Below are positions 19,045 to 28,364 of a stretch of 64,000 nt of DNA, one piece after another. The position numbers and the translations under genes were made by a program. How positions within the stretch are numbered: position 1 is the stretch's first letter; every line of letters begins with the position of its first letter. This stretch comes from Candidatus Bathyarchaeota archaeon (GTDB lineage: Archaea; Thermoproteota; Bathyarchaeia; Bathyarchaeales; Bathycorpusculaceae): positions 128,001-192,000 of the forward strand of contig CAWHDT010000007.1 in the NCBI GenBank assembly GCA_963828195.1, given 5' to 3'. The notes beneath the pieces are model-generated. The model did not search any database, was not told the DNA's origin, and saw only the letters and a list, made by a program, of their open reading frames with translations.

Positions 19045-20409
19045 TTTTTGAAGTGACTTTTGGTTTAGGAAGTGTTCACCCCGACGCAAAAAAACGGTTG
19101 TAATTGTCACAATCGCAAAGATGCTTAGAATTGCAAGTGTGCAATTAGGTACTTCTGGAACAATAGAAGTCGGCGTTGGAGAAATAGAAGTTGAAGGAGT
19201 AAGCGTAGAGTTAGGTGTTGGTGTCAGTATTGGGAGACTCGGGGCTTGAGGATTAAGAGCTGATAAAAAGGGAGTGAAGTTTACCGTGCCCAAATTAGAA
19301 TCGTTCTTAAAGTCATAGATTGTCTGGCTGATTGCTTGAGTGTCAGTTGTTCCCCACCAATTGTTAGTAGCATCAACATTGGCAGAGGTTCCTAATTCCA
19401 TATTATAGCTGTTGCCATAGGGGCCGGTGTTGCCGTAAATGTTATTATCAGCAATTATTGGCGAATAAAGGTTTTCAACGAAAATTCCAACAGAATTATT
19501 GACAATAGTGTTGTCTTGAATTACGGAACTACTTAGACTGTTAGGATCATCGACGACAATACCCTCATAGCTGCCGGTAATTAGATTTCTCTCAATTGAT
19601 GCCTGCCCGCTTGTGCCCAACGTTTCTAACGTAATTCCTGCTGTGGTAAAATCTTCCTCTTCGGCTATTTGGGCATCAGAAATAGTATTATCGGTTATGG
19701 TTGAAGTCACATCAACGTTATTATCGTTAAACATATGAAGAGTGATAGATCCTTGCACCATGCTGTTATTAGAAACTGTAGATGACCCACCAAGTAAATC
19801 AACATCAGTACTTGTGATATTGTTATTTGTTATTACAGGTGAACCGCCCGAAAAAGCCATGTCGAAGCCCCCAATTATAGTGTTATCGCTGATTTTGACT
19901 GAATTTTCCGCGTTTATGTTAGTCAAATTAATTATCGAGTTTTCTATTATGGATTCTGAACTGGTTTGACCAAAGAATATCCAGGGATGAATTGGGAAAA
20001 GTAACCCATTCTGGTACCCAGTGGAACCATTTATGACAATTGGGTTTGCAGCCGTTCCAATCGCGTCTAAAACACCGTTAACTGTTATTTTTGCGTTAAA
20101 TGTTTCAAGATTAATGGTCACGCCAGGCTGAATTATTAGCGTGCCATTCACTTCCAAGTTGTAAGAACTGTTAATATTTACCGTTATTCCTGATTCAATG
20201 GTTAAAGTAACGCCATTATTTACAAAGAGATTTGCCGTCAGGTTGTACGGACTGTTTGCTTGAGTCCACATTGTATCTGAGCTGATTATTCCACTTTCAT
20301 TTGTGCCACTCTGAGCTAATCCAAAAGGAACAAAGTCAATTAAAGTCACACCTGATAAAGCCAGTAATAGAAACAGAATTAAGGCAAAAACCTTACTTGA
20401 ACTTCCCAT
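19042..20409 (-). CDS. Secreted right-handed beta-helix (NosD/CASH-like) surface protein with a P/T linker and PEF-CTERM-like anchor
   Basis: Signal peptide, WT.ANSPY, N-rich beta-helix repeats, DATNNWWG, TPTP linker and VPEVP-TM-RR tail. Confidence 0.8.
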   Translation of the reverse strand: MGSSSKVFALILFLLLALSGVTLIDFVPFGLAQSGTNESGIISSDTMWTQANSPYNLTANLFVNNGVTLTIESGITVNINSSYNLEVNGTLIIQPGVTINLETFNAKITVNGVLDAIGTAANPIVINGSTGYQNGLLFPIHPWIFFGQTSSESIIENSIINLTNINAENSVKISDNTIIGGFDMAFSGGSPVITNNNITSTDVDLLGGSSTVSNNSMVQGSITLHMFNDNNVDVTSTITDNTISDAQIAEEEDFTTAGITLETLGTSGQASIERNLITGSYEGIVVDDPNSLSSSVIQDNTIVNNSVGIFVENLYSPIIADNNIYGNTGPYGNSYNMELGTSANVDATNNWWGTTDTQAISQTIYDFKNDSNLGTVNFTPFLSALNPQAPSLPILTPTPNSTLTPSTSISPTPTSIVPEVPNCTLAILSIFAIVTITTVFLRRGEHFLNQKSLQK

Positions 20410-20586
20410 AATAGCACTTAGAACCTGTTTACGATAAAAGGCTATTCGTAAAAGTTCTTTGACTGAACTTTGTCAAAGTTTCTTGACTGAGAATTGGTCT
20501 ATCACTAAAAGTATTTTAAAATTGGTTTTTGTTTTTTTGAAATCTTTAACTATTTCTTGTCTAATCAGTTTACAGAGTGATTAGTT

Positions 20587-22131
20587 ATGGAGTTAAAGGT
20601 TGAACTCTTACCGATAATTACTGGCGGAAGCAGAATCGCCATCATCAGCGAAAAAAGCGCCAACTATTTGGACATGCACAGCTCCGACAGAATACGAATA
20701 AAATACGGCAACCAAGAAATGATTGCCATCGCAAACATCGCAGAATATTTTTCAGATAAACGCATCGGGCTCTACGATGAAACAGCCAAAGCGCTCGGCG
20801 TAAAAGAGGACGAAACCGTTACGGTGCAGTTGGCTCCACTTCCTGAGTCACTTTTCAACGTGAGAGCCAAACTACATGGGGAGCGTCTCCGCGAAAACGA
20901 CATTGTCACTATCGTTAAGGATGTGGTTGAGCGGCATTTGAGCGCTTCTGAAATATCTGCTTTCCTAACCGCCCTTAGCATTTACGGGTTAAGTGCAAGC
21001 GAAAATGAAGCCTTATCAAGAGCTATGGTTGCAACGGGTAAAACCATAAGTTTCGGCGAAGGACCCATCCTTGACAAGCACAGCGTCGGCGGAATCCCAG
21101 GCGACAAAACATCTATGCTGGTTGTGCCAATTGTGGCTGCTGCAGGATTCACCATTCCTAAAACATCCTCGCGAGCAATCACTTCACCTGCGGGAACAGC
21201 AGATCGAGTGGAAACACTCTGCCCAGTGAACCTTGGCATAGACGAGATTAAGGGTGTGGTGGCGAAGACGGGCGGATGCTTGGTTTGGGGCGGAGCTTTG
21301 GAGCTTGCGCCAGCCGATGACCTGTTCATTCAGGTTGAGTACCCTTTGGGAATTGACCCTATGCTGTTGCCCTCAATTCTTAGCAAGAAGAAAGCCATGG
21401 GCGCCACGCACGTCGCGATTGATATTCCAACGGGGATGGGAGCTAAAATCAAAACGCGAACGGAAGCTTACACTTTGGCATCGGATTTTGTGGATTTGGG
21501 GAAGCGGCTGGGCTTGAACATTCAGTGCGCATTGACGTTTGGTGATCAACCGCTTGGCTGCTGCATTGGACCTGCCCTTGAAGCGGGAGAAGCGCTGACG
21601 ACTCTTATGGGCGGTGGACCGCCTGATTTGAGGGACAAAGCCGTTAGCTTGGCAGGGATGCTTTTTGAGATGGTTGGAGTTGAGGATGGGCGCGCTAAGG
21701 CTGAGGAGATGCTTGATTCGGGCAAAGCTGAGGCGAAGATGCGGGAGATCATTGCGGCGCAGGGCGGAAATTCTAAGGTGAAGCCCAACGATTTGCCTGT
21801 GGGGACAAAGGTGGCTGAGGTGCGGTCTGATCGGGCTGGCAAGGTCATATGGATAAGCACGGATGACATTGTGCGGATTGCACGCGAGGCAGGAACGCCT
21901 AAAGAGAAGGGCGCGGGCATGGTGCTGCATGCGAAGCTTGGGGAAAACGTGCATAAAGGCGATGTGCTGTTTGAGGTCTACGCTGAGCGTAGCAGCAAGT
22001 TGGAGTCGGCGCTGGAGCTTGCAAAACAATTGTCGCCGGTCGCGTTAACTAAAAAGCCAGCGGAAAAAATGATTCTGGACCAGGTACCTGAAAAGCTCGC
22101 GCACAAAAAATCGTTCATGTTAGACCGATAA
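20587..22131 (+). CDS. deoA: AMP phosphorylase (archaeal thymidine phosphorylase family)
   Basis: DKHSVGGIPGDK, PKTSSRAITSPAGTAD and LAPADD motifs with the archaeal N-terminal domain. Confidence 0.92.
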   Translation: MELKVELLPIITGGSRIAIISEKSANYLDMHSSDRIRIKYGNQEMIAIANIAEYFSDKRIGLYDETAKALGVKEDETVTVQLAPLPESLFNVRAKLHGERLRENDIVTIVKDVVERHLSASEISAFLTALSIYGLSASENEALSRAMVATGKTISFGEGPILDKHSVGGIPGDKTSMLVVPIVAAAGFTIPKTSSRAITSPAGTADRVETLCPVNLGIDEIKGVVAKTGGCLVWGGALELAPADDLFIQVEYPLGIDPMLLPSILSKKKAMGATHVAIDIPTGMGAKIKTRTEAYTLASDFVDLGKRLGLNIQCALTFGDQPLGCCIGPALEAGEALTTLMGGGPPDLRDKAVSLAGMLFEMVGVEDGRAKAEEMLDSGKAEAKMREIIAAQGGNSKVKPNDLPVGTKVAEVRSDRAGKVIWISTDDIVRIAREAGTPKEKGAGMVLHAKLGENVHKGDVLFEVYAERSSKLESALELAKQLSPVALTKKPAEKMILDQVPEKLAHKKSFMLDR

Positions 22132-22314
22132 GCCGCCGCTCAACACGGCTTAATTAGCTAAGCCAAAAGGGTACCATTTTTGCTGGTGGAACACTCAACC
22201 TAAAAGAATGCGTTAAGCGTCTGAAAACATCATTAATGGTTCTCTTCGGCTTGCATAATTTTTCCGATTATCGCAGATTATTAGAAGCAATCTTCGCCTT
22301 TACCCTTTATAACC

Positions 22315-22523
22315 TGATTTAAGCCCTAAACCAAGAGAATCAGCTTAAAACATGCCCTGAACTGGGTCTACCTATAGACCTACCTAGTATTTACACCAAA
22401 AAAACAACGCAAATATGGCAAGAAGAAGAAGAAAAATTGTTTTCATCCAGCTTCTTCTTCTTTTAAAAAAATATTGCCGAGAAGAACAACAGTTGCTTCC
22501 CAAGTGTTGTTGTTCTTTCAAAA
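22315..22523 (-). repeat. Structured non-coding element, copy 1 (inverted copy at 32021-32233)
   Basis: Core 22368-22523 is nearly identical to the reverse complement of 32021-32177; internal hairpins. Confidence 0.9.
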
Positions 22524-22537
22524 TGAAAGTTGGTGGG

Positions 22538-22963
22538 TTATGGGTTTGTTTGTCTTGTGGCTATGATGAACAGTCCGCCGACGATGCCAAGGATTGCGCC
22601 TATGAAGAAGCCGCCCATGCCGACAAAGCTTACGGCTGAGAACACGATGATAACTGTCGCCCAAATCAGGTGCTCTTGCGGATGAACTCTTAGCATGATG
22701 GAGCTCATCAACACGACGACGCCGCAGATCACTGCCACCAACGAAACTCCAGCAAGAAAACCATACGAGCCGCCGTAGTTGCCCATGAAGCCGTGGTAGC
22801 CATTCATCAGTCCGCCAACGAAGCTGCCGTATCCCCCGAAGTTTGGAGCGCCATAGCTGTACCAGAGCACGTTTATTGTGCTTGCTATGAATGTGATTAA
22901 GCCTCCGACAAGGGAGACGATGAAGGCGAATGTTGTTCCTGTATTTGTTGCCATAGTTTTCAC
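22538..22963 (-). CDS. Small Gly-rich membrane protein
   Basis: 4 TM segments; GGFFIGAILGIVGG tail. Confidence 0.7.
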   Translation of the reverse strand: MKTMATNTGTTFAFIVSLVGGLITFIASTINVLWYSYGAPNFGGYGSFVGGLMNGYHGFMGNYGGSYGFLAGVSLVAVICGVVVLMSSIMLRVHPQEHLIWATVIIVFSAVSFVGMGGFFIGAILGIVGGLFIIATRQTNP

Positions 22964-22964
22964 C

Positions 22965-24722
22965 TCACAGAAATCTCCTGGGGTCAGTATCTATATCCAC
23001 TATCGCTGGCTTAGGGGACGAAAGCGCTTTGTCCACGGCTGCTTCCAGTTCGCTTGGTTCAGTAACTTTGATTCCCAATCCGCCTGAATGCTCAGCGAAA
23101 TCAGCGAAATTATAATCGAACAAGTCAGTTTGCCAACCTTCGAAGCCCTCGACCTTTTGCTCCTGCATAATCATGGCTAAATGCTTGTTGTTTATGACAA
23201 AAACCTTAACGGGTAAATTGTACTTCAGAGCAGTTAAGAAGTCGCCTAGAACCATTGTTAACCCGCCATCGCCGGTTAAACAGATAATTTGCCTGCCGGG
23301 GTAAACCAGCGCCGCCGCCAAAGCTCCTGGCAAACCAAACCCCATTGTAGCCAAAGTGCCCGTCATCACCATCTTCTGCGACTTCTTCATCATAAAGTTC
23401 CTGCCGAACCACCAGCAGTTCTCGCCAACATCAAGAGAAATCACTGCGTCATCGGAGATTTTCTGGTTCAAAACTTTCATTATGTATTGTGGCCGAATGG
23501 GTTTCATGGTTGAATTGACTTCTTTTTCCAGCTGGTTTAGCCAATCCTGCTTTAACCTTGCAATTTCAGCCAAGTAATCATTGTTCTGCTTCGGCTGCAC
23601 CTTCTCGGTTAACTTGGGAATAAGCACTGCGCTGTTGCCAAGCAATCCAGCTTCAACCGGGTACCTGCGCGCAATCATAAGCGGGTTAATATCAATTTGA
23701 ACGGTTTTTTTCTGTGGAATCTGCGATAGGTCAGCGAACGAGGATCCGATTGCTATTAGCAAATCCGCTTTCCTCATAAGTTCTGCTGAGGCAGTTGAAC
23801 CGATGCCGCCGTGGCATCCAACATAGAGAAGCTCATGTTCATCAACGACGCCTTTTGCCCTGAAAGTCGCCATGATCGGCGCAGAAATCTTCGCTGCCAA
23901 CTTGAGCAGCTTGTTGCCTTGGCCTCGACAGCCAAAACCTGCAAGAATCACAGGTCTAGCCGCTTGGTCAACAAGCGCTGCTGCCTTTTCAATCAGCCAA
24001 TCCTCCTGCCCATAAGCTAAATTAGGCATTCTGCCCTCAAACGGCAAAATCTGCGCTTCATACGGAAGCTTCTGCACGTCATTGGGAATCCCAATGTGCG
24101 AAACGCCCTGATCCAAAAGCGCATGTTTAATCGCCAACGTCGCCAGAGTAGTTGTTTGGTCTTCAGACATCAAAATCTTGTTAAAAACGCAGATCGGCTC
24201 AAAAAAGGCAGCCTGATCAATCTCCTGGATTGACCCCGGACCCATCAATTGCCTAGCCACCAAACCAGTCAACGCCAAAACTGGGGCGTGATCAAGCTTC
24301 GCGTCGTACAAGCCAGTCGCCAAATTCGTCGCGCCTGGACCCGAAATCCCAAGACAAGCTGCAACGTGCCCGGTGAGTTTGCCGTAGGCTGAAGCCATGA
24401 AAGCTGCGGTCTGCTCATGCCGCACCTGAATGTACTTTACTTTGCCGTTGGTTTTCCGTATCGCATCCACCACACCCAACGTTGATGTGCCAGGAATACC
24501 AAAAACGTATTGTACTCCCCACTCGGCAATTTGGTTTATCAGAACTTGCGAAACCGTGTGCTCAGCCTTTTTCTCCTCCACCTGTTCAGTCAACAACACG
24601 AAAACCGATTTAGGCGCGCCGCAAACGGGGCACACCCATTCTTTAGGCAAATCACTAAACTTCTTTCCCTCTTTAACTTCATCATAAACGTAGTTGCAGA
24701 CCGTGCACCTGTACCTCGCCAT
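22965..24722 (-). CDS. Rubredoxin-fused TPP-dependent enzyme (pyruvate oxidase/PoxB-like)
   Basis: N-terminal CTVC..YD...W.CPVCG rubredoxin; FGIPG, RHEQ.AAFMA, GPGATN and GDGG...NN TPP motif. Confidence 0.88.
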   Translation of the reverse strand: MARYRCTVCNYVYDEVKEGKKFSDLPKEWVCPVCGAPKSVFVLLTEQVEEKKAEHTVSQVLINQIAEWGVQYVFGIPGTSTLGVVDAIRKTNGKVKYIQVRHEQTAAFMASAYGKLTGHVAACLGISGPGATNLATGLYDAKLDHAPVLALTGLVARQLMGPGSIQEIDQAAFFEPICVFNKILMSEDQTTTLATLAIKHALLDQGVSHIGIPNDVQKLPYEAQILPFEGRMPNLAYGQEDWLIEKAAALVDQAARPVILAGFGCRGQGNKLLKLAAKISAPIMATFRAKGVVDEHELLYVGCHGGIGSTASAELMRKADLLIAIGSSFADLSQIPQKKTVQIDINPLMIARRYPVEAGLLGNSAVLIPKLTEKVQPKQNNDYLAEIARLKQDWLNQLEKEVNSTMKPIRPQYIMKVLNQKISDDAVISLDVGENCWWFGRNFMMKKSQKMVMTGTLATMGFGLPGALAAALVYPGRQIICLTGDGGLTMVLGDFLTALKYNLPVKVFVINNKHLAMIMQEQKVEGFEGWQTDLFDYNFADFAEHSGGLGIKVTEPSELEAAVDKALSSPKPAIVDIDTDPRRFL

Positions 24723-24845
24723 AATTAACCCTCAAAAAACGTCCTAATAGAATTAAATCGATTCGCCCTTATCAGTGTATTGGAGTTAACCAAAAACAAT
24801 CCGAACAATTCATAAACTTCCCTGATTCACTATTTCTTTGAAGAG

Positions 24846-25787
24846 ATGGCACTTATGGAGAATTTGGATGTCATAATAATCGGCGCCGGTTCCGCGGGAT
24901 TAGCGGCTGGAATTTACGCTGTCAGAAGCGGACTTAAATCTTTAATTTTAGAGGAAAAACTGCCCGGCGGCACAATCGCCGATGCCTCAATAGTGGTGAA
25001 TTACCCTGGGTTTGCAGAGATCAGCGGCGGAGAACTTGCTGAAAAAATGACTGCTCACTGCAAAAAAGTCGGTGCAACCATCCACGACTTGGAGCCTGTA
25101 ACAGAGTTGGAGCTTATGGGTGAAAAGAAAATTGTGAAGACTTCACGGACGTCTTATGAAGCCGCAGCACTGATTTTTTCCACGGGTTCACACTACAAAG
25201 AAGTCGGCGTGAAGGGTGAAAAAGAATTCCGCGGCAGAGGGGTGAGTTACTGTGGAGTCTGTGATGGACCATTCTTCAGAGGAAAACACGTGCTCGTTAT
25301 CGGCGGCGGAAATTCAGCCTGCATCACTACGCTTTACCTTTCAGGTTTAGCTTATCAAGTTACCGTTATCCATAGGAAAAAAGCTTTCAGAGCAGAAGAA
25401 TCTTTAGTGACTGACATATCGGCAAAGAACAATGTTGCTGTGTTGTGGAATACCGAAGTCCAAGAAATCAAAGGCGACAAACAGGTCAAGGCAGTCACGT
25501 TAATTGATAACACAACGGGCAAAACAAGCGAGCTAGCAGTTGATGCGGTTTTCGTGCAAGTCGGCGAAGCACCAAACAGCCAACTGGCAAAAGCTGCAGG
25601 AGTAGAAACAGATGAGCATGGATACATCAAAGTTGACTTGGCTCAGCGTACAAATCTGACTGGTGTTTTCGCAGCTGGAGACGTGACTGACCAACCGATC
25701 AAGCAGGTTGGCACAGCGGTCGGTCAAGGCATCACCGCAGCTTTAGAAGCTTACAGTTACATTAAAAGACCTTATTACAAAAAATAA
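24846..25787 (+). CDS. trxB: Thioredoxin-disulfide reductase
   Basis: GAGSAG, GVSYCGVCDG, GGGNSA and FAAGD motifs. Confidence 0.92.
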   Translation: MALMENLDVIIIGAGSAGLAAGIYAVRSGLKSLILEEKLPGGTIADASIVVNYPGFAEISGGELAEKMTAHCKKVGATIHDLEPVTELELMGEKKIVKTSRTSYEAAALIFSTGSHYKEVGVKGEKEFRGRGVSYCGVCDGPFFRGKHVLVIGGGNSACITTLYLSGLAYQVTVIHRKKAFRAEESLVTDISAKNNVAVLWNTEVQEIKGDKQVKAVTLIDNTTGKTSELAVDAVFVQVGEAPNSQLAKAAGVETDEHGYIKVDLAQRTNLTGVFAAGDVTDQPIKQVGTAVGQGITAALEAYSYIKRPYYKK

Positions 25788-25882
25788 AGAAAGACTTGCC
25801 TCTGCTTTTGCCTGCGCCACAGACTTTCTATTCAACTTTAGTTATCTTTATTTTTACCCTGATTTGCGTAAGGCGTCCCCGA

Positions 25883-26104
25883 TTATATTTTAAGGTGGTC
25901 ATGAAGAGTCTTCGCACTTACGTCTGTCCACTCGTGGCTACAGCTTTTGCACTTGTAGGTGACTCTAAAGTTTTCGATGCGCATGTTAACGGTGCTTCCT
26001 GCCCTGCCCCCTGGCACTTGGACCTCATAGGGATTTTCAAGTTGCTCACGCTTGACCTCCTTCGCCTGAAACAGCTGACCGCACGATGGGCATCTCCTAA
26101 ACAT
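25883..26104 (-). CDS. Small zinc-ribbon protein
   Basis: CPSC...CKSCSHEW. Confidence 0.55.
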   Translation of the reverse strand: MFRRCPSCGQLFQAKEVKREQLENPYEVQVPGGRAGSTVNMRIENFRVTYKCKSCSHEWTDVSAKTLHDHLKI

Positions 26105-26289
26105 CTTCCAAACCCAGCCAGGTATTGGCGCTATCTTGTCTTTTAAGTTTTTTTACCCTTGCAATGTGGGTGGTGCATTAGACGATTTTATTGTCAAAAA
26201 TAGAGAGAAAGGATTATATGATTCTAAAGCCCTTTTCATGCTTTCAATTGGCTTTAGCCAGCATGCTTAAGCTAATTTAGCAGCGGTGT

Positions 26290-27537
26290 ATGAAAAGAGG
26301 TTTGAGAATGAGTGAAAAATGTCTCGCTGTAGTTGAAATAAACCAAGACTTATGTAGCCGATGTTGTGTTTGCCACTCCATTTGTCCTTATGACGCCATA
26401 AAACGTGACTCATCCGGAAAAGTTGAAATAAACAATCAGGAATGCCAAGTCTGCGGCATATGCTACAGCGCTTGCCCATCTTCAGCCATAAAAATGCAAT
26501 ATTACACTTACGATAACTTATCAAATTACGTCAAACAAGCTCTTGAAAAAACTAAAGGCAACGTGGATACCCTTGTTCTGATGTGCCGAGGAAACTCGCC
26601 TTCAACAGGAGAAGTCCAAGATATCCTTAAAGAGCAAGGATTAAAAGTTGACGATTACGTCGCGTTGCGGTTGCCATGTTCAGGCAGAGTTCCAACCGAC
26701 TTTGTTTTTGAAACCCTGAATTCAGGCATAAAAAACATTGTTTCCGTTCAATGTGAAGACCCATTCTGCCGCTACAAAGAAGGCACAAAAATCAACACAA
26801 GAAGACTCGTTTTAGCCAAAGATCTACTTAAACAACTGGGCTACGACAACAATGCGGTTAGAATAGTAAAGTTCTCACGCAAAGCAGTTTATGATGTTCA
26901 AGCATGCGTAGGCTGCGACAAATGCATCTTCATCTGCCCCTACAAAGCAATCGAATTCGAATCGTTCGCCACTCCAAAAATAAACGAGGAAAAATGTGTC
27001 GGATGCGGCGCATGCCAACTGGTTTGTCCTCACCAAGCGATCGAGGTTAAGGGCTTCGAGTTTGAAAGCGTCATAGACCGTTATGGAAACTCAGCTGAAC
27101 AATTGAAAGCCAAAAATCCTGGGCAACCTGCAGTTCTCGCATTCGTTTGTCAATGGTCAGAATTCACAGATCTAGACAACCCCAACAAAGCGTTTGAAGG
27201 CAAAAACGTGTTAGCTCTTGAAGTTCCATGCTTCAAATCGTTAGATCCAGTACATGTGATTAACGCGTTAAACTGCGGCTTCGACGGCGTTATGGCCGTA
27301 GTGTGCTCAGCGCAAGATTGCAAGCTTCAGGAAGGCAGAGCCACTGCAGAGCGCAACTTAGCCGTGTTATTTGACATATTAAGGAAGAACAATCTGCTTG
27401 ACCGATTCGAAATTTACGAGGAGTCGCCAAGGTGTGCTGACGAGTTCAATCAGAAACTGGATGTTTTCTACAAAAAGATTTCTGCGTTACCTAAACGTGA
27501 ATTAACCGTGGAGGCGAAAGCAAAACGTACAAAATAG
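26290..27537 (+). CDS. Tandem (2x[4Fe-4S] ferredoxin - MvhD/FlpD) x2 fusion protein
   Basis: Four CxxCxxCxxxCP motifs and two MvhD-like [2Fe-2S] domains (LMC..LPCSGRV..QC...C; FVC..VPC..VVC...C). Confidence 0.8.
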   Translation: MKRGLRMSEKCLAVVEINQDLCSRCCVCHSICPYDAIKRDSSGKVEINNQECQVCGICYSACPSSAIKMQYYTYDNLSNYVKQALEKTKGNVDTLVLMCRGNSPSTGEVQDILKEQGLKVDDYVALRLPCSGRVPTDFVFETLNSGIKNIVSVQCEDPFCRYKEGTKINTRRLVLAKDLLKQLGYDNNAVRIVKFSRKAVYDVQACVGCDKCIFICPYKAIEFESFATPKINEEKCVGCGACQLVCPHQAIEVKGFEFESVIDRYGNSAEQLKAKNPGQPAVLAFVCQWSEFTDLDNPNKAFEGKNVLALEVPCFKSLDPVHVINALNCGFDGVMAVVCSAQDCKLQEGRATAERNLAVLFDILRKNNLLDRFEIYEESPRCADEFNQKLDVFYKKISALPKRELTVEAKAKRTK

Positions 27538-28364
27538 TGACTAAAACAGAACTTGCACCGAAAATAAAAATGTTCGAAGTTGAAGCTCCAGATGTTGCGG
27601 TTAAATCGCAAGCTGGGCAATTCCTGATAGTTATAAACGGGAAAGAAGGCGAACGGGTACCTCTGACAATCGCTGGATACGACATCGCGAAAGGAACGGT
27701 TTCGTTTGCTTTCCATGAAGTCGGCAAAACCACTAAAACACTTGGTCTACTAAAGCAGGGCGAATGCATTGACAACGTTACGGGTCCACTCGGCAACCCA
27801 TCTGAAGTCAAAAATTTCGGTAAAGTCCTCTGCGTCGGCGGAAGCGTAATGATTGCGCCTTTGCTGTTGCAAGCTAAAGCCATGAAAGCCGCAGGCAACA
27901 ACGTAACAACAATTCTGGGTGCACGAACAAAAGAGTTCATAATGATGGAGGACGAAGCGAAACAGTACAGCGACAAAGTGTACATTGCAACCGACGATGG
28001 AACCGCCGGGTTCAAGGGCTTAGATTTCCTTAAAGACCTGCTTAAGAAAGAAAAGTTTGATCGCTGCGTAGTTATGGGTCCAGTGATCCTGATGAAGGAT
28101 GTCAGTGAACTAACCAAGCCCTATGGAATACCAACAATCGTCACTTTAACGCCTATAATGATTGACGGGATGGGTATGTGCGGAGTATGCCGGGTTACAG
28201 TTGGCGGCAAAATGCTGTTCGGCTGTGTTGATGGACCCGAATTTGATGGTCACCAAACCGATTTTGACCAGTTGATTTTGCGTCAACGCACAATGTTGCC
28301 TGAAGAAAGGTTAAGTTCAGAATTATGGGAAATGCGTGGAGGTTGTAAATGTGGCAGAAGTTAA
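27537..28364 (+). CDS. sudB: NfnA/SudB small subunit (FNR-like, [2Fe-2S])
   Basis: GERVPLTI, GPLG.P, TDDG, M.DG.GMCG.CRV and CVDGPEFDGH motifs. Confidence 0.9.
   Translation: MTKTELAPKIKMFEVEAPDVAVKSQAGQFLIVINGKEGERVPLTIAGYDIAKGTVSFAFHEVGKTTKTLGLLKQGECIDNVTGPLGNPSEVKNFGKVLCVGGSVMIAPLLLQAKAMKAAGNNVTTILGARTKEFIMMEDEAKQYSDKVYIATDDGTAGFKGLDFLKDLLKKEKFDRCVVMGPVILMKDVSELTKPYGIPTIVTLTPIMIDGMGMCGVCRVTVGGKMLFGCVDGPEFDGHQTDFDQLILRQRTMLPEERLSSELWEMRGGCKCGRS

Larger units (their letters stand above)
10326..19153. mobile_element. Integrated element (provirus/plasmid-like) encoding a divergent tyrosine recombinase
   Basis: Dense small ORFs (RHH, AbrB, wHTH-like, Zn ribbons, GT, HExxH protein), a tyrosine-recombinase-like gene, a repeat-rich non-coding left end and PEF-anchor sequences at both ends; boundaries inferred. 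Confidence 0.7.

Noticed and set aside
22415-22639. ORF starting MARRRRKIVF within the repeated element
   Set aside because: The second copy stops after 10 codons; the Arg run reflects the AGA hairpin arm
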